From assembly GCA_965178125.1 (NCBI GenBank), contig OZ237735.1:2480001-2544000 (forward strand): 64,000 nt of DNA, read 5' to 3'. Below are positions 38,576 through 51,600 of the stretch, one piece after another (within the stretch, counting starts at the first letter, position 1; each line of letters starts with the position of its first letter). The notes beneath the pieces were generated by a model that was given only the letters and a program-made list of their open reading frames with translations, was not told the origin of the DNA and did not search any database. Source of the DNA: Bilabrum cf. latius (lineage: Eukaryota). Made by a program: the position numbers and the translations under genes.

Positions 38576-40726
38576 ATGGCCCTTGACCACCTTATCCACG
38601 GGGCATTCCAGAAGCCAGCAGTGCAGAGTTGTGCTATATGTGCGTATTGCTTTGCGGTGAGACAGATTGAGGCGTAGAGGTCGTCTAGCGGGAGACTCAA
38701 TGCATCGGCCGAATGTCCAGCATGCGGCCGGACGTGCTTGAAGCGCCTATCTCCTCAACAGGAGAGTACCATACAGCGTGAATTTGATGGATCAGCACAA
38801 CTACAGTAGGTAGACGGCATCGTGTAGCCCCCAAGGTCAAACATTGTTCAGCGAATGCAAGATATTCTCTCGATCGTGGACAGCGCTCCGTATGTATCAG
38901 ATGTCGAAGCGTGGGCTGTTAGTTCTCCACAAGATGTGCTGCATACAAATAGTGCTCTTGATATTACGGGCAGAGACCCGGGAAGCGGCAGAGTGCGCGA
39001 CGACGCGATAGCACCGTCCCAGGCACTCGGGGTGCCACCGGAAGGAATGCGCTCTCGCCAGGCAGATGAGTAGAACGACGACTCCGATGACGAGGAGCAC
39101 TGGGACAGCGAGGATGTCCTTGGTCTAGGCAGCGGGGAGGGGGACAGCGACGATGATGAAAGCCGCGGCGAGGATGAGGATCCGGAATCAGGCAGGCTCG
39201 GGCTCAGGCCCCGCGACCGGGCCGCCAGAGGGATGCTCCTCTTGTCGAGAATGATGGGAGGCGGCTCGCCCGATGACATGCTAGGCGAAGCCCTCACAGC
39301 GCACGGCGCAGGCTCGGAAGCAGCCCTCCGAGGAGCTGGAGGAGGAGCTGGACAAGCGGCGGGAGTCGGGCTGAGTGGCGCCGACGCCGTCCAGCTCATG
39401 CGCGCGGCACAAGCGCTGGCCGTGGCGAGCGGCGCGCGGGGATCTCTGGGGGCCGGGGCCGCCGGCGAAGCCGCCCCCGATGGCGGCGACTCGGAATCGG
39501 AAAGCGGCGCCGTGATGCCTCCCGGCGAGGCAGCCAGCGAGGAACAGATGCCTGCGGTGATGGAGTACCTGGAGAGGCTGGCCGACAGGGAGCGAGCCAG
39601 GGAACAACGGGCCGACCGAGCAGCCATCAGTGCCCTGCGCCGCGTGCGTGTGCTTGACCCTTCCACCGACATACCGAGGATGATCGACGTGACGGTGCAA
39701 GGTGATACCACCCCTTCATGCGGTGACGCTGGGGCAGGCGGTGCTCCCTTGGCACGAAGTGGACTCAAGGTGCTGCACTCTTGCTCTGCAGTGCCCGCGG
39801 ATTTCGGGCCGATGGTTGGCCAGTCTTTGGCTGCCAGTGCGACGAGCAAGCTCTCCGCGAGTGCGGGCACCAGCAGTGGCGGCTCCTTGCTAGTCCAACC
39901 AAAGGAGACGGATCCCAGTGCGGCCGGTGCGGCTGAAGCGGCCTCGGCAAAGCCAGAGCCGGTTGCATCGTCCGCAGCCCCGCCGACAGGCCAGGCGCTG
40001 GAGGCACCACTCGTGATCGCAGATCCCTGGGCCGTGGATGTGGACAACACGGGAGCGCCAGAGGCTGGTGGGAGCGGTCTGCGAGCGACGGACGGTGGCA
40101 GCGTTGACGGGTGCGTCGTGCTTTGCGGGAGGGGCAAAGTCAGCTTTGCGACCAAGGCCAAGGCCGCCCAGAGAGCCGGTGCCAGGGCACTGCTTGTGGT
40201 GCAGACTGCCGACGTATGGCCCTACACCATGTCCGACTCAGCCACGAGCGGGGAGGGCGTGTCTATTCCGCTGGTGATGGTCAGCAAGTCCGATGGGGCC
40301 AAGCTCAGGGGTGCACTGGCGCGCTTACACGAGGAGGAGGATGGGGAGGAAATGGGGTCAGCAGCAACAGCAGCAGCAGCAGAATCAAAAGCAAAGGAAG
40401 TGAGGGGAGACCGGCCGTTGGGGGAAACGTCCCGTCCCACCTGCCTGCTGCTTCCAAGGGAGGTGGCGAGGGAGGACCCGATCACCTGCGAGGAGTACAG
40501 GCGGGGGGACCTGCTGCTGCAGATGCCGTGCCTGCACTGCTTCAGGGCGCACGCGCTGGTGAGATGGCTGCAAGGAAGCAACGCGTGCCCCCTGTGTCGC
40601 AGGGAGCTCCCGAGGGTGCGGCCGAAACTGGCAGGTGGGGGCAGGAGTGGCAGGGGGAGCGAGCGCGACAGGAGGCGAGAGGAGGAGGAGCGGCTGGAGA
40701 GGGCTAGGTCAGCTATGTTTGCTTGA
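38576..40726 (+). CDS. Zinc-ribbon + PA domain + degenerate RING-H2 protein (RNF126/RNF115-like E3 relative)
   Basis: N-terminal CAYC...ECPACG; PA motif GCVVLCGRGKVSFATKAKAAQRAGARALLVV...IPLVMVSKSDG; RING-like DPITCEEY...MPCLHCFRAHALVRWLQGSNACPLCR. Frame open from ATG 38576 via 4 TAG; ends TGA. Confidence 0.75.
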
Positions 40727-40924
40727 TGCTATCTCTGCATTTTGAAATGCCATTAATTCGCACATATGCCCGACAATTGCCGGAGAACTTTAGGCTGCTG
40801 GGTGCGATGCAGCCATATTCGGAATCATAAATTTGGTTGCAACCGAATCACGGCGAACAACAGGTGCGGCAACTTCGGCAACTGCAAGTGGGTTGTTTTC
40901 TATCCAATTGCAACACGTAGTGTC

Positions 40925-43900
40925 ATGGCAGCCGCTCATGACTTTTAGAAAGGGCATTCCAGCGTTGTGACCGCACCTGATCCCAAGATTGACTTCATCA
41001 AGGATGGTCGCCGCGCCGTGCCGAGCGCAACCGTATCAGGGCTTCCCCTGCAGACCCACGAGCGAATCAAGGACATTCCTCTGCCTCATATCGAAAGTTT
41101 TAACTTTATGCTTGACCAAGGTCTTGAACTGGCGGTGAAGGACCTCATGCCTCGAGAATTCCGGCTGGCACCGGGCACGACCCCGGTGCGCATGTGGATT
41201 GACAATGTAACAATCGACACGCCGAGGAAGGACGAAAGAACTGATGATCCTATGCTGTATCCGTCTGAATGCAGAGAGCGAAAGATGACGTATGGCGCGA
41301 TGATGCGCGTCACGGTCGCATGGCAGATTGGTTCCGGCCCTGTCTCGACGCACATGACTTCGTCCGGCGTGCTGCCAATCATGATCGGAAGCAAGAAATG
41401 CCATTTGTATCGGAAGACTCCGGAGGAACTCGTTGCTATGAACGAGGAGCCCAGCGAGTTCGGAGGGTATTTCATCTGCAACGGCATCGAGCGCATCGTG
41501 CGTATGCTGCAGCTGCCCCGGCGCAACTTCCCGATGGCGATCCAGAGAGGTGCGTTCGCGGGCAAGGGAGCGGCCTTCACAAAAATGGGCGTGCAGATTC
41601 GAAGCGTGCGCAAGGACCAGTCCTCTGTCACGCTTACGCTGCACCACCTCTCGGACGGCGGCGTGCAGCTCCGGTTCACTGTGCTCAAGCGCGAGTTCTT
41701 CGTTCCAGTCGTGCTCGTCATGAGGGCGCTCATGGACGTCACCGACAGGCAGGTATTCGAGGCTATCGTGGGAGGCTCCACGGGCGGCATCGCCGGCCGG
41801 ACCGCGCTCCTGCTGCAGGAGTCCCACGAGCACCCGGTGCTGTCGAGCGCAGAGACGAGGGCCTACCTCGGCAGCAGGTTCAAGCACATCATGGACCCCG
41901 ACGATCTGCTCACAGATGCGCAGGTTGCCACCGTGCTGCTGGACCGGTACGTCCTGGTGCATCTCTCCCCACAGCAGGGCCGCAGCGACGGTGCAGACGC
42001 AAAGAAGTTCGCGCTGCTTGCTCTCATGGTGCGGAAGCTCCTGCTGTTTGCCGAGGGCGACGTCACTGAGGACAACGCGGACGCGCTGGCCAACCAAGAG
42101 CTGCTGACCCCAGGAAACTTGTGCCTCGCGGTGATCAAGGAGATGCTGGACGACCTGCTGCTGGGCGCGGAAGAGATCATGAAGAAGGACGCGCGGATCG
42201 GCAGACTGGTGGTGCCAGGTGCAGTGACCCGGCTCGACAGCTCTGCCTCCTCCGCCGGTTCGCAGGCGTCTGCGGCCACAGGGACCGCATCGATTGCCTC
42301 GGCGGCGACGTCCAGGGGCAGAAGCGGGAGCGACGGCGTGTCGGCGGCGAGGGGTAGCCGGCAGGCCTCCGTAGCCGGCAGCGTGGCTGCTGGCACGCAG
42401 GTCAGCTCGGCGCAGACAGCCGCATCGCGGTACTCTGGGAAGCAGTACGAGGTGGGAAACCTGCAGTACGTGCGCATGATCCTGGACAGGCAGCTAGACA
42501 TTGGCTCCAAGATGTACAAGTTCCTCGCCACGGGCAACCTCGCGTCCAGGTCGGGCCTCGACCTGATGCAGGCCTCGGGGTTCACCGTGGTGGCCGACAA
42601 AATCAACTGGCTGCGGTTCCTCACCCATTTCAGGTCCGTGCATCGAGGCCAGTTCTTCATGGAGATGAAGACGACTGCGGTGCGCAAGCTGCTCCCCGAG
42701 TCGTGGGGATTCATGTGTCCCGTGCACACGCCGGATGGCGCTCCCTGCGGGCTGCTGAACCACCTGACCGCGGCTGCACAGCCCGTGGCCTACCCGTGCG
42801 ACACGACCGAGATCCCGCGGCTGCTGGTTGCCCTTGGAATGCGCGAACTTCGGTCCACCGGTGGTGTGGTGCCGCATGACTGGCTGCCCGTGGTGCTCGA
42901 TGGCCAGGTGCTGGGGTCTTGCCGCGAGGATGTAGCGCGGAGGATCGCGTGGTCTCTGCGGCTGATCAAGTCCGCCGTGTGCTCCGGCTCCGTGTCCGAT
43001 GAGCACATGGACGCGGAGAACGTGGCGGATGCCCAGGGCTCTCTGGGTGACGGGTGCGGCCTCGTGGGCTCTGGGATCCCCAAGGGACCCGCAGAGCTGG
43101 TGGAGCGGCGCAAGCGAGCTATTCACGCCCAGCGCATGCGAAGGAGCCTGCGGGACGCAGTCAGGTGCCTGGTGCGAGGCGCAGTGCGGGGCATGCCCGT
43201 CGGCTCGGTGGTGGCCCAGCATGTCGAGGCTGATCCGCTGCTGCCACCGGACGCGGCGATGGAGGCGGCCGACGAGGATTCGCCCGCACGTGGCGGCAGC
43301 TTGCTGCTGACTGTACCTCGGGAATTGCTGCTCGGCGTTCCTGCCAGCCTTGAGGTGGCCTACCAGCCTTCCGCGAGAAGGCTTGCGGATGGGGCTGTCA
43401 AGCCAGCTGGTGCGGGTGCTGCCTCTGTGGCCTCTGCCGCCATGCAGTCAGATGACGCCAGCAGCGACGACAGCGACGACGACGGCGGCGAGCGTAAGCG
43501 CGGCGACGGCGCTGGAGGCGCTGCAGACGAGGAGGAGGACCTCAGCGGCCCCTTCCCCGGCCTGTTTCTCATGTCTGAGCCCGCCAGGATGGTGCGCCCC
43601 TGCACCCTCTTCGGAGGCATCGCGGCGGCTGCGGCGGACGAGTTCGGGCTGACGGACCCCAAGGTGCCCAGCGGTGCCAGCGGGACTGTCGAGGCGTGCT
43701 TCCGGTCCCTGGCGAAGGGCCGCGGCTTTGAGCTCCTGGGCGCGATGGAGCAGCCCTTCCTGGACATCGCGTGCACCAGGGACGACTTTGCCCAGATCGC
43801 GGGCTGGAGGCCCAACAGCGAGGGCATGCTGGCGCCCGTGCCCGGCAGTCTGCTGTACAGCCACCTTGAGATCAGCCCCATGCAGATGCTCAGCGTGGCC

Positions 43901-45556
43901 GCAAGCCTGACCCCTTTCTCCGACATGAACCAGTCTCCCAGGAACATGTACCAGTGCCAGATGGGCAAGCAGACGCTGGGGACCGCTGCGACGGCCCTGT
44001 CCAAGCGATCCGACACGAAGCTGTACCGGATCCAGAGCCCGCAGGCCCCTCTCGTGCAGTGCAACATGCAGTCGGAGCTGGGCATGGACCAGTATCCGGC
44101 GGGCACAAATGCCATCGTGGCGGTGATCGCATACACTGGGATGGACATGGAGGACGCGATGATCATCAACAAGTCCAGCTACGAGCGCGGCTTTGGGCAC
44201 GCGTCCGTGTACAAGAACAAGCAAATCGACCTGCTGGAGGAGCTCAAGAAGGAGACCCGCCCGGAGCGGTTCGTCTTTGGCAACCAGCCCACGGCTGTGC
44301 CCGGGCAGGAGGAGCCCATGCCCGCCGTCGCTGGCCTGGACGCGGACGGCTTCCCCGAGGTGGGCACGTTCGTGCGGAAGGGAGACCCTCTGTACTCGTA
44401 CTACGACACTGCGAGCGGGGTCACCAAGGTGGTGCTCTACAAGGAGAACGAGCCTTGCTACGTCGAGGACGTCAAGCTGCTGGGCAGGCCGGGCACCAAG
44501 CCGGTGGTGCAGAGCGGTTCCGGTGGGTCTGCGGGTCGAGCGGGAGACGCTGCACCTGGTGCTGCGGGCGGGGATGGCTCTGCCTCGGGCAGCGCATCGG
44601 TCGCTGGGGGCCCTTCTAGCGGCGGGGCATCAGGCAGGGTGAGTCTGCTCACCGGGGCGGGGCCGCGGGCTAGGACTCGAGGTGCGTCGGGGTTCCAGTA
44701 CGCGGCGCTGAGGCTTCGATACAACCGCAACCCTATCGTGGGCGACAAGTTTTCCTCTAGGCACGGGCAGAAGGGCGTGCTATCGATCCTGTGGCCGCAG
44801 GAAGACATGCCGTTCTCAGAGAGCGGCATGTCTCCAGACGTGATCATTAACCCGCATGCCTTCCCGTCCCGCATGACGATCGGAATGCTGTGCGAGAGCA
44901 TGGCTGGCAAGGCTGGCGCGCTTGCGGGGCAGTTCCAGGATTCCACGCCCTTCCGATTTGGCGAGCAGGACAGGGCCGTTGACTACTTTGGGAGGCAGCT
45001 GCGCGCGGCTGGGTACCACTACCATGGGTCCGAGCCTCTGTACAGCGGCACGAATGGGACAGAGCTCGTCGCTGACATTTACATGGGAGTGGTGTACTAC
45101 CAGCGGCTCAGGCACATGGTCAGCGACAAGTCGCAGGTCCGGTCCATGGGTCCGGTCGACCCGGTGACCAACCAGCCTGTCAAGGGCAGGAAGCGCGGTG
45201 GTGGCGTGCGGTTCGGCGAGATGGAGCGCGACTCGCTGGTGGCACACGGGGCCTCTTTCTTGATGCGGGACAGGCTCATGATGAGCTCTGACAGGCACGT
45301 CGGGGTGCTGTGCAGGCTGTGCGGCTCGATCGTTTCCCCGCAGGCCGTCCTGGACCGAGACTAGCGGAGCCACGCAGCCAAGACCATGGTTCACCGGCGA
45401 GGACGACCCAAGGCTGGCGACAACTGGTACTGCAAGTCGTGCTAGACGGGGGAGGGTTGCGTCGCAATGGAGCTGCCGTACGTGTTTAGGTACCTGGCTC
45501 ACGAACTGGGCGGCATGGGCATTCGATTGGGTCTGGAGGCGGACGAAATGAAATGA
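40925..45556 (+). CDS. RPA2: RNA polymerase I second-largest subunit (~1543 aa)
   Basis: HIESFN, YPSECRER, PESWGFMCPVHTPDGAPCGLLNHL, DMEDAMIINKSSYERGF, GDKFSSRHGQKG, SRMTIGML, YYQRLRHMVSDK, RFGEMERD. The C-terminal CKSC and LPYVFRYLAHELGGMGI lie beyond TAG 45362 and 45443; ends TGA. Confidence 0.95.
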
Positions 45557-45622
45557 ATCGTCAAGTGTGTTTTTCTCAACGATAGAGTATACTGCCATCT
45601 CGGACGCTCGTCTCGAGCTTCC

Positions 45623-48600
45623 TCATCCGGATACCGCAACCTCATCCTCATCCTCATCCTCATCTTCACTGTCTGACAATCCAGCCCCCTGGCCCTCCGC
45701 GCCAGTTCCTTCCGCTTGATCGGGCCTTTGGCTGACGCCCTCCATTGGTTCCTCTAGAACTGTTGGTTCCTCTAGAACTGTGAGACTACTCTGCGCGGCA
45801 GCCTGCGCCACCACGGGTCCTTCTGGGCCCGAGCCCTTCACTCGGCCTGCACCGGCTGCCGTCCACTCTGGACTCGCCGCTCTCGGCGATTGCTCCCTCG
45901 ATGCAAGGCTTGCGTCGTCCATTTCGTCTCCCTCTGGCACTGGCTCGAGCTCGGTGCCTCCAAGCTCACTCCGGGGTCTCGCTTGGGAAGACCAGTCGGA
46001 AGTGCCAGTGGACTCTCCAGTGGGCGTGTTGATGTTGCTCGCCTGGGATGCGATGCCGTCCAGTGCGCCCGTGTCGAGAGATGCCGAGAACCCACCGGTG
46101 GAGGGACCCTCGGGCTGCTGGGCATGCCTGCGCCTGAGCTTGCGCTGCTGTTCGTGTCGGAGCCTAGCTTCCTGCTGCTCTCTTCTCGCAAAACCTGCAC
46201 GGTCGCCGTCACCGCCCATCTCAGGATCCAAGCCATTCTCACCGTACGCTCCGCCATCGCCGCTGATGTCGTACCCAAAGCCTCCCCTATCGCTGAAAAC
46301 GGTTGCCTCTTCTGCTATCCTGTCGCTCGATTCCTTCGCGATCGCCTACATGCGGCGTGCCCGGGTCATCAGAAGGCGATTGCTACGCTCCGCAAGAGCC
46401 CGCTCGTCCATCGTGTGCTTGGCATCCTCCAGCTCTACGAGCTCTTCAAGCATGTGGACGCTGACGTACCCCGGGACGGACGTGAGCGGCTAGCTCCTGT
46501 CTCCCCACTTCTTGTTCCGCAAGTCCTTCCGCAGCTGTCGCAGAGTCTGCCTTTGGTCGAGCACGTCTTTGATTCGCCCCTTGAACTCGACCTTCTTGAA
46601 GAGCTTCTGTCCCCGTGAGAAGTCGGTGGTGCCGGCTGTTGAAGGCCTGTCCCTGCTTGCCGGTCGAGGAGAGGTCTGGAGCGGACTCGTCTGCTGGCTG
46701 GCACCCGATTCCACCTCTTTCTTGCCATCGTCTACGGCCTCCGCGCTTCCCCCATCGTGCTGCAGTGTCGGCGCTACCATGAGCCGACGGCCCATGTACA
46801 TATCATTTGCGGTGACAAGCTTGTTCCACTTCATCAGCTCCTTCACAGTCACTCCGTACAACTTGGCAATGTCCTGGGGAGTCTGCTCAGCGGCCACGAT
46901 GTGCATGCGCGCAGATGTTTCTGCTTGGCTGTCTCCCCAGCTCCATATGCGGAGCGTGTGATCCCCGGCCACGGTGACCAGCTATTGCGTGTCATACATG
47001 AGGTCCAGGATGGGCATGCTATGCGCCTCCGTGATTACCTGCAGCTGAGCGCCCGAAATGATGTCGCACACACGGATGGCAAGGTCATTTCCTGCCGACA
47101 CGACCTTGGTTGCATCAAACTGCAGCGCAGTCACAGTCCCTTTGTGCACCTTGAAGTCTCTAGCTTTTCGTTTCTCGGGCACGTCCCACACAATGATCCT
47201 GCCATCTGCTCCCCCACTCACGCACTCGAACCCAGCCATTGCAATGGCGGTCACGATGCAGTCATGCCCGTCTAGAACGGCTGCCTGGTGGAAGCTCTAA
47301 CATGGGCTGTGCCGAGATCCCTCGTACGTCCAGATGCGCACTTCTCTGTCCGCTCCACCGGTTGCGAAGGCCTGCTCACCGAGTCCGATGCAGCGCACGG
47401 TACCAGTGTGCCCGCGCACCCGTCGCAACATCCTACCGTCAGAGGCGCGCCAGAGTCGTATCGTCTGGTCAGAACTGCCCGAAACTATGATATTGCCGTT
47501 CGCCTCGATGGACCAAACCGTTCCAGTGTGGCCTCGCAGGGTCATGACGCAGGCCCTGTCCCTCTCCTGCTGCGTGGAAGACGCGCCGAGCTCCGAGATG
47601 TCAAAGTCAGGGTCGGCATCATCGAGGATGCTTGACATCTTCTCTCTCCTCAGCTTCTTCTGCTTGTACCTGACCATGGCTCCGCGCTTCTCATCGGCGG
47701 ATAGTTTGGCGTATGACTCTAGGTCGGTGGCTCCGCCGCCCTCGGGGGCCTTCATCATCGTCTGGTGCCTCTGTTGCGCTGCTATACCAGCTGGAATGCT
47801 CGTAGAGCCATAGACTTTGTCCACCTGGCGCTGTCTCGAGGTGCTCGCCGCTAGCTTCCGCTTGGAGTCCCAGACCCGGATGGTCCCGTCCATGCTACCC
47901 GTGTAAACCCGCCGCTCAAAGAATGCAAGGGCTGTGATCCGCTTGGTGTGTCCGACGGGCGGGCCGAGTCGGGACCCAGGGCTGTCCCCTTGGAAAGCAG
48001 CCTGCGACTGCCCGGTTTCGATGGCAAAGACAGTAACGGCCTTTTCCTTGCAGGTGGCGACCTGTGGCACGCTCTGACTAGACCTTCCAAGCGCGTCGTT
48101 GTGAAGCATGTTGGCCTTGTTGAGCGCCACGCACCTGAATGGGGTACGCAAGCTTATTTTCTTGGCCAGCGCGGTGAGTTCCACCCTCATCCTGCGCTGG
48201 ACGTCTGCCAGCTCATCAGCGCAGTTTGATTTTCGCGTCAAGTACCGCTTCTGAAGGGTTTGAGCTTCCTCCAGCTCTGATAGCATGAGTCCGACGCTCT
48301 CTTCGAGCTGCTCTGCCAGCATTTCCCGCTTGACGAACTACGGACCAGCCCCAGTGGCAGAGCCGCCTACCTCAATCATGTCGTCTCCAGACGACTTGGC
48401 CTTCTCTAGCATACTGGTGGACTTCGCCAGCTTGCGCTTGGTGGAAGACGCGAACTTTTTGGTTGTGTCCGCCAGGCGAGAGACAATCTCGGCCTCTTTT
48501 TCAATCGCAGCGGCTTCGTTCCTCAGGTACGTCACGGTTGGTCCCACTGGCTCCAACTCGATCTTGCGAGCATCCGACAGGCCAACGCCAATCAATCGCG

Positions 48601-51600
48601 CCTGCAGCCGACTGAGCTCGTCGATACCAGCCCCAACCATCTTCTTCTGCACGCCTTCTTCTTCGTCGGCCTGCGATAGCAGAAGCTCGCCGCGGGCGGT
48701 GTCACTGCTCCCACCGATCGAGAACATGACATTGGCTTGCAGCCGCATGCACCTGATGCGGCCCCTCGCGTCGCCCAGCTGCGCGCGCATCTCGGTGGCC
48801 TCCGCCATGATCTTCAGGGCATCCTTCAGAGCGCCGATCTGCTGCATTGCCTGGGCTCTGCCCTCGAGGGCATCGGCGAGCAGCCACTCGTTCTTGGCCT
48901 CTTTGGCCAGCTGCACGAATCGCTGGTAGTGTATCACGGCCACGTCCGCGCGCTTCATTCCCATGTACATCTTGGACAGGCACGAGTAGATCCGCAGGAG
49001 CGTCTCAGCGTCCTTGCACCGGCCAGCGATGAATTCAAGCCTCCGCAGGATTGGGTGCGCCTTGTCGTGGACCCCGTCCAGATTATACCTCTCTGCCTGC
49101 CGAATGAGGGTCTGAACCTTCTGTGCAAGCTCATCTGCCTTGACTCTCGACGCTTTGGACACGAATTTCCCGTTCGACTGCCGCATCAAGTCGGCCTCAC
49201 CTCGGAGCAGAGCCACTTCCGGCTCGTCAGCGCTGCTACCGAACGGCTTGGATCGCATGTTGACGCCTCGCGACCCGCCGGAATCTATCTAAAACTACCG
49301 TCTCCCCCTAGAAAGCGCATCTTTCGTTGTCTGAGCATCTTGCAATCCACTTCGTTTGGACGGCGACATGACCTAGGATTGAGGCAGAGCGTTGGTGCCT
49401 TGCTGCGCAAGGATGCCGCGCTGGTGCCGGATCTCGTGGGCCGATCCAAACGGTCCAGATACCGCCATGTCTGAAGTCACCTGCCCGTTCGTGTCATTAT
49501 CATTGAGTTGGTCCCCGCTTGCACCATTATCCTCGTTGTCGTCAGAGTCGTCGCCAAAGGACCCCCCTTCGTGTCCGTATCCGGCCCCGCCCATTTCCTC
49601 GTCCTTCTTCCCGAGCAACACCTTGGCACTAGCCGCCTTGGAGCCCCCCATGAGCGCCAACTTGGACTTGAACTTGATCAGCCGCGCTGCTGCCGTAGAA
49701 TACTCGATCCCCTTTTTCGTGCCCAACTCCAGCAGCTGGTCACCCGTCATCTCGCTGGCATCCACGGTGGCATCGAGCTTTCTTACGGCTCGGATGAGGT
49801 CGCCTGCCTCTGCCATGAGGCTGTCGCGATGCGTCTCAGCTCGTTGCAGCAGGTGTCCGCCAGCTCCTCGGATGGCATCCCGCTTTCTGTGCACGACCAA
49901 AGGCTGCAATAGAGGGTCACCTGACTTGCCCGTCCCAGGCTCTCCGCCACTGACGCCAAGCACAGCAAGCAGGGGTAGACCCAGCTCTTTGGCAAGCTTT
50001 TTGGCGGCTTTAGATCCAGCTTCCCTGTCAAGCGGGGCTAACTGTGCCCCAGGTTGTCCATCGTCGCCACCTCCTGGCCGCTTGCCTCTCCTGGAGGCAG
50101 CCCTGCTGGCCCTCCCGTTGTACTCTCGCTCGGCCTCCCTAGCCTTCCTAGTCTGAGAGCTCCACCTAGTGAATCCGTGGAACATGTATCGCTTGAGCAT
50201 TCGAGTCATGGTCACCCGCATCTTGTGCCGCTGTTCCTGCATGTTGCGCGTGAACGCCTTCCACCTGCCGAACGGCTTCGCCACGCCAATGTTCTGAATC
50301 CTTGCCAGCATCTTTGCCTTCCGGGCCGCCCGCCGGCTCTCTTGCTCGAATCGAAGCAACGCCGCCTCCCTCTCTTTGACTTTCTCTCCCAATTCGTGGA
50401 CCTAATTCTCTAGCTGCTCCTGCTCCTGCATGCCGTCGACAATGTCGAGCTTCATCTCCGCCAGCAGGCTCTCGTTCCTGTCGCTCGCTTCCTTGAGCTT
50501 ACGGCGCAGCTCAGCGACATTAAATCGCTGCATGCGGCCGTGCAAGGCCATTGAATCCACGAATTTACCTTTGAATCCTGCTAGGGCCGCAACCTCGCCT
50601 CGGATCACGCATACTCGCTTGTGCGCCAGCTGGAGTGTGCTCTTCTGCTTGGCCCGATCTGTTTTCAAATCCTCGACTCTCTACTCAGTTTCCTTGCGCT
50701 TGCGCACTAACGATTCAATTTTCTTGTGGAACTGCTTTCGCTTCGTGTCTTGAATCCGCTGCTGCTCGATAGAGAGCCCACCGCCCCTCGCTAGCCCTTC
50801 GAGGTCGTGCCGGGCCTGCTGCTCAGCTGAAAGCCTCGCACGACCCGCAGCCGCTGGGCCATCTTCGTTGATAGAGTCTAACGGCAGGCTTTTGGCAAGG
50901 CTGTCTGTTGCAAGCCCTTGCTTCTCAAGCTCGCGTTTCAGCTCAGAGCGCAGCACGCGAACGTGCTTGGTTCGTTTGACGCGCTGATGCACCCCGTGTC
51001 GCACGACGTCTACCACGCCATCGGTGATGCCTTGGTAGTGCACTATTTCCCACCGTAAGCGCTCAACAAGTGTCCCTGTTGGCACCTGAAAATGATCGAT
51101 TGGCTCGCAAGGAAGGGTTCTCTCCTTCGCCTCATCGATGCAAACGACAGTCGTGTCGTGGACCATGCAGCCGGGCTGTAGGTTGGTGACGTCCAGGTGG
51201 GTCTACCACCTTGGTATCTTGTACGTCTCCGTCTACGTTCGAGTAGCTGCGACATTACCCGTGGCTGTGATTGAGACAAAGTCAGGCACTTCTACCTGCA
51301 AGGTGAGCTCGCACGACCTGATGCGCCTGCCTCCCGTGTTGAGCGGAGCCTGCCACTCGAACCGTACAACCTGGGCTTCCAGCCGCGTGAGCATGAGGTG
51401 CAAGACCGGACCGGGGACATGAGGATCCTTCGTTCTTGCCTGGGGGAAGGGATCGCTCCAAGCAGACTTGCCGTATGAGTTCACGGCCCTCACTTGGAAA
51501 TCGATGACCTACGTGCGTGCGCCCAGCCCTACCACTGCGGTGCCAAAGTGCGCCACTGCAAACTGCTAGATCCACATCGTAGTGGACACAGGCCCGACGT

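Noticed and set aside
38848-40161. 437-aa - strand ORF and similar long antisense ORFs across the window
   Set aside because: They are GC-rich shadows of supported genes on the other strand and have no motifs.
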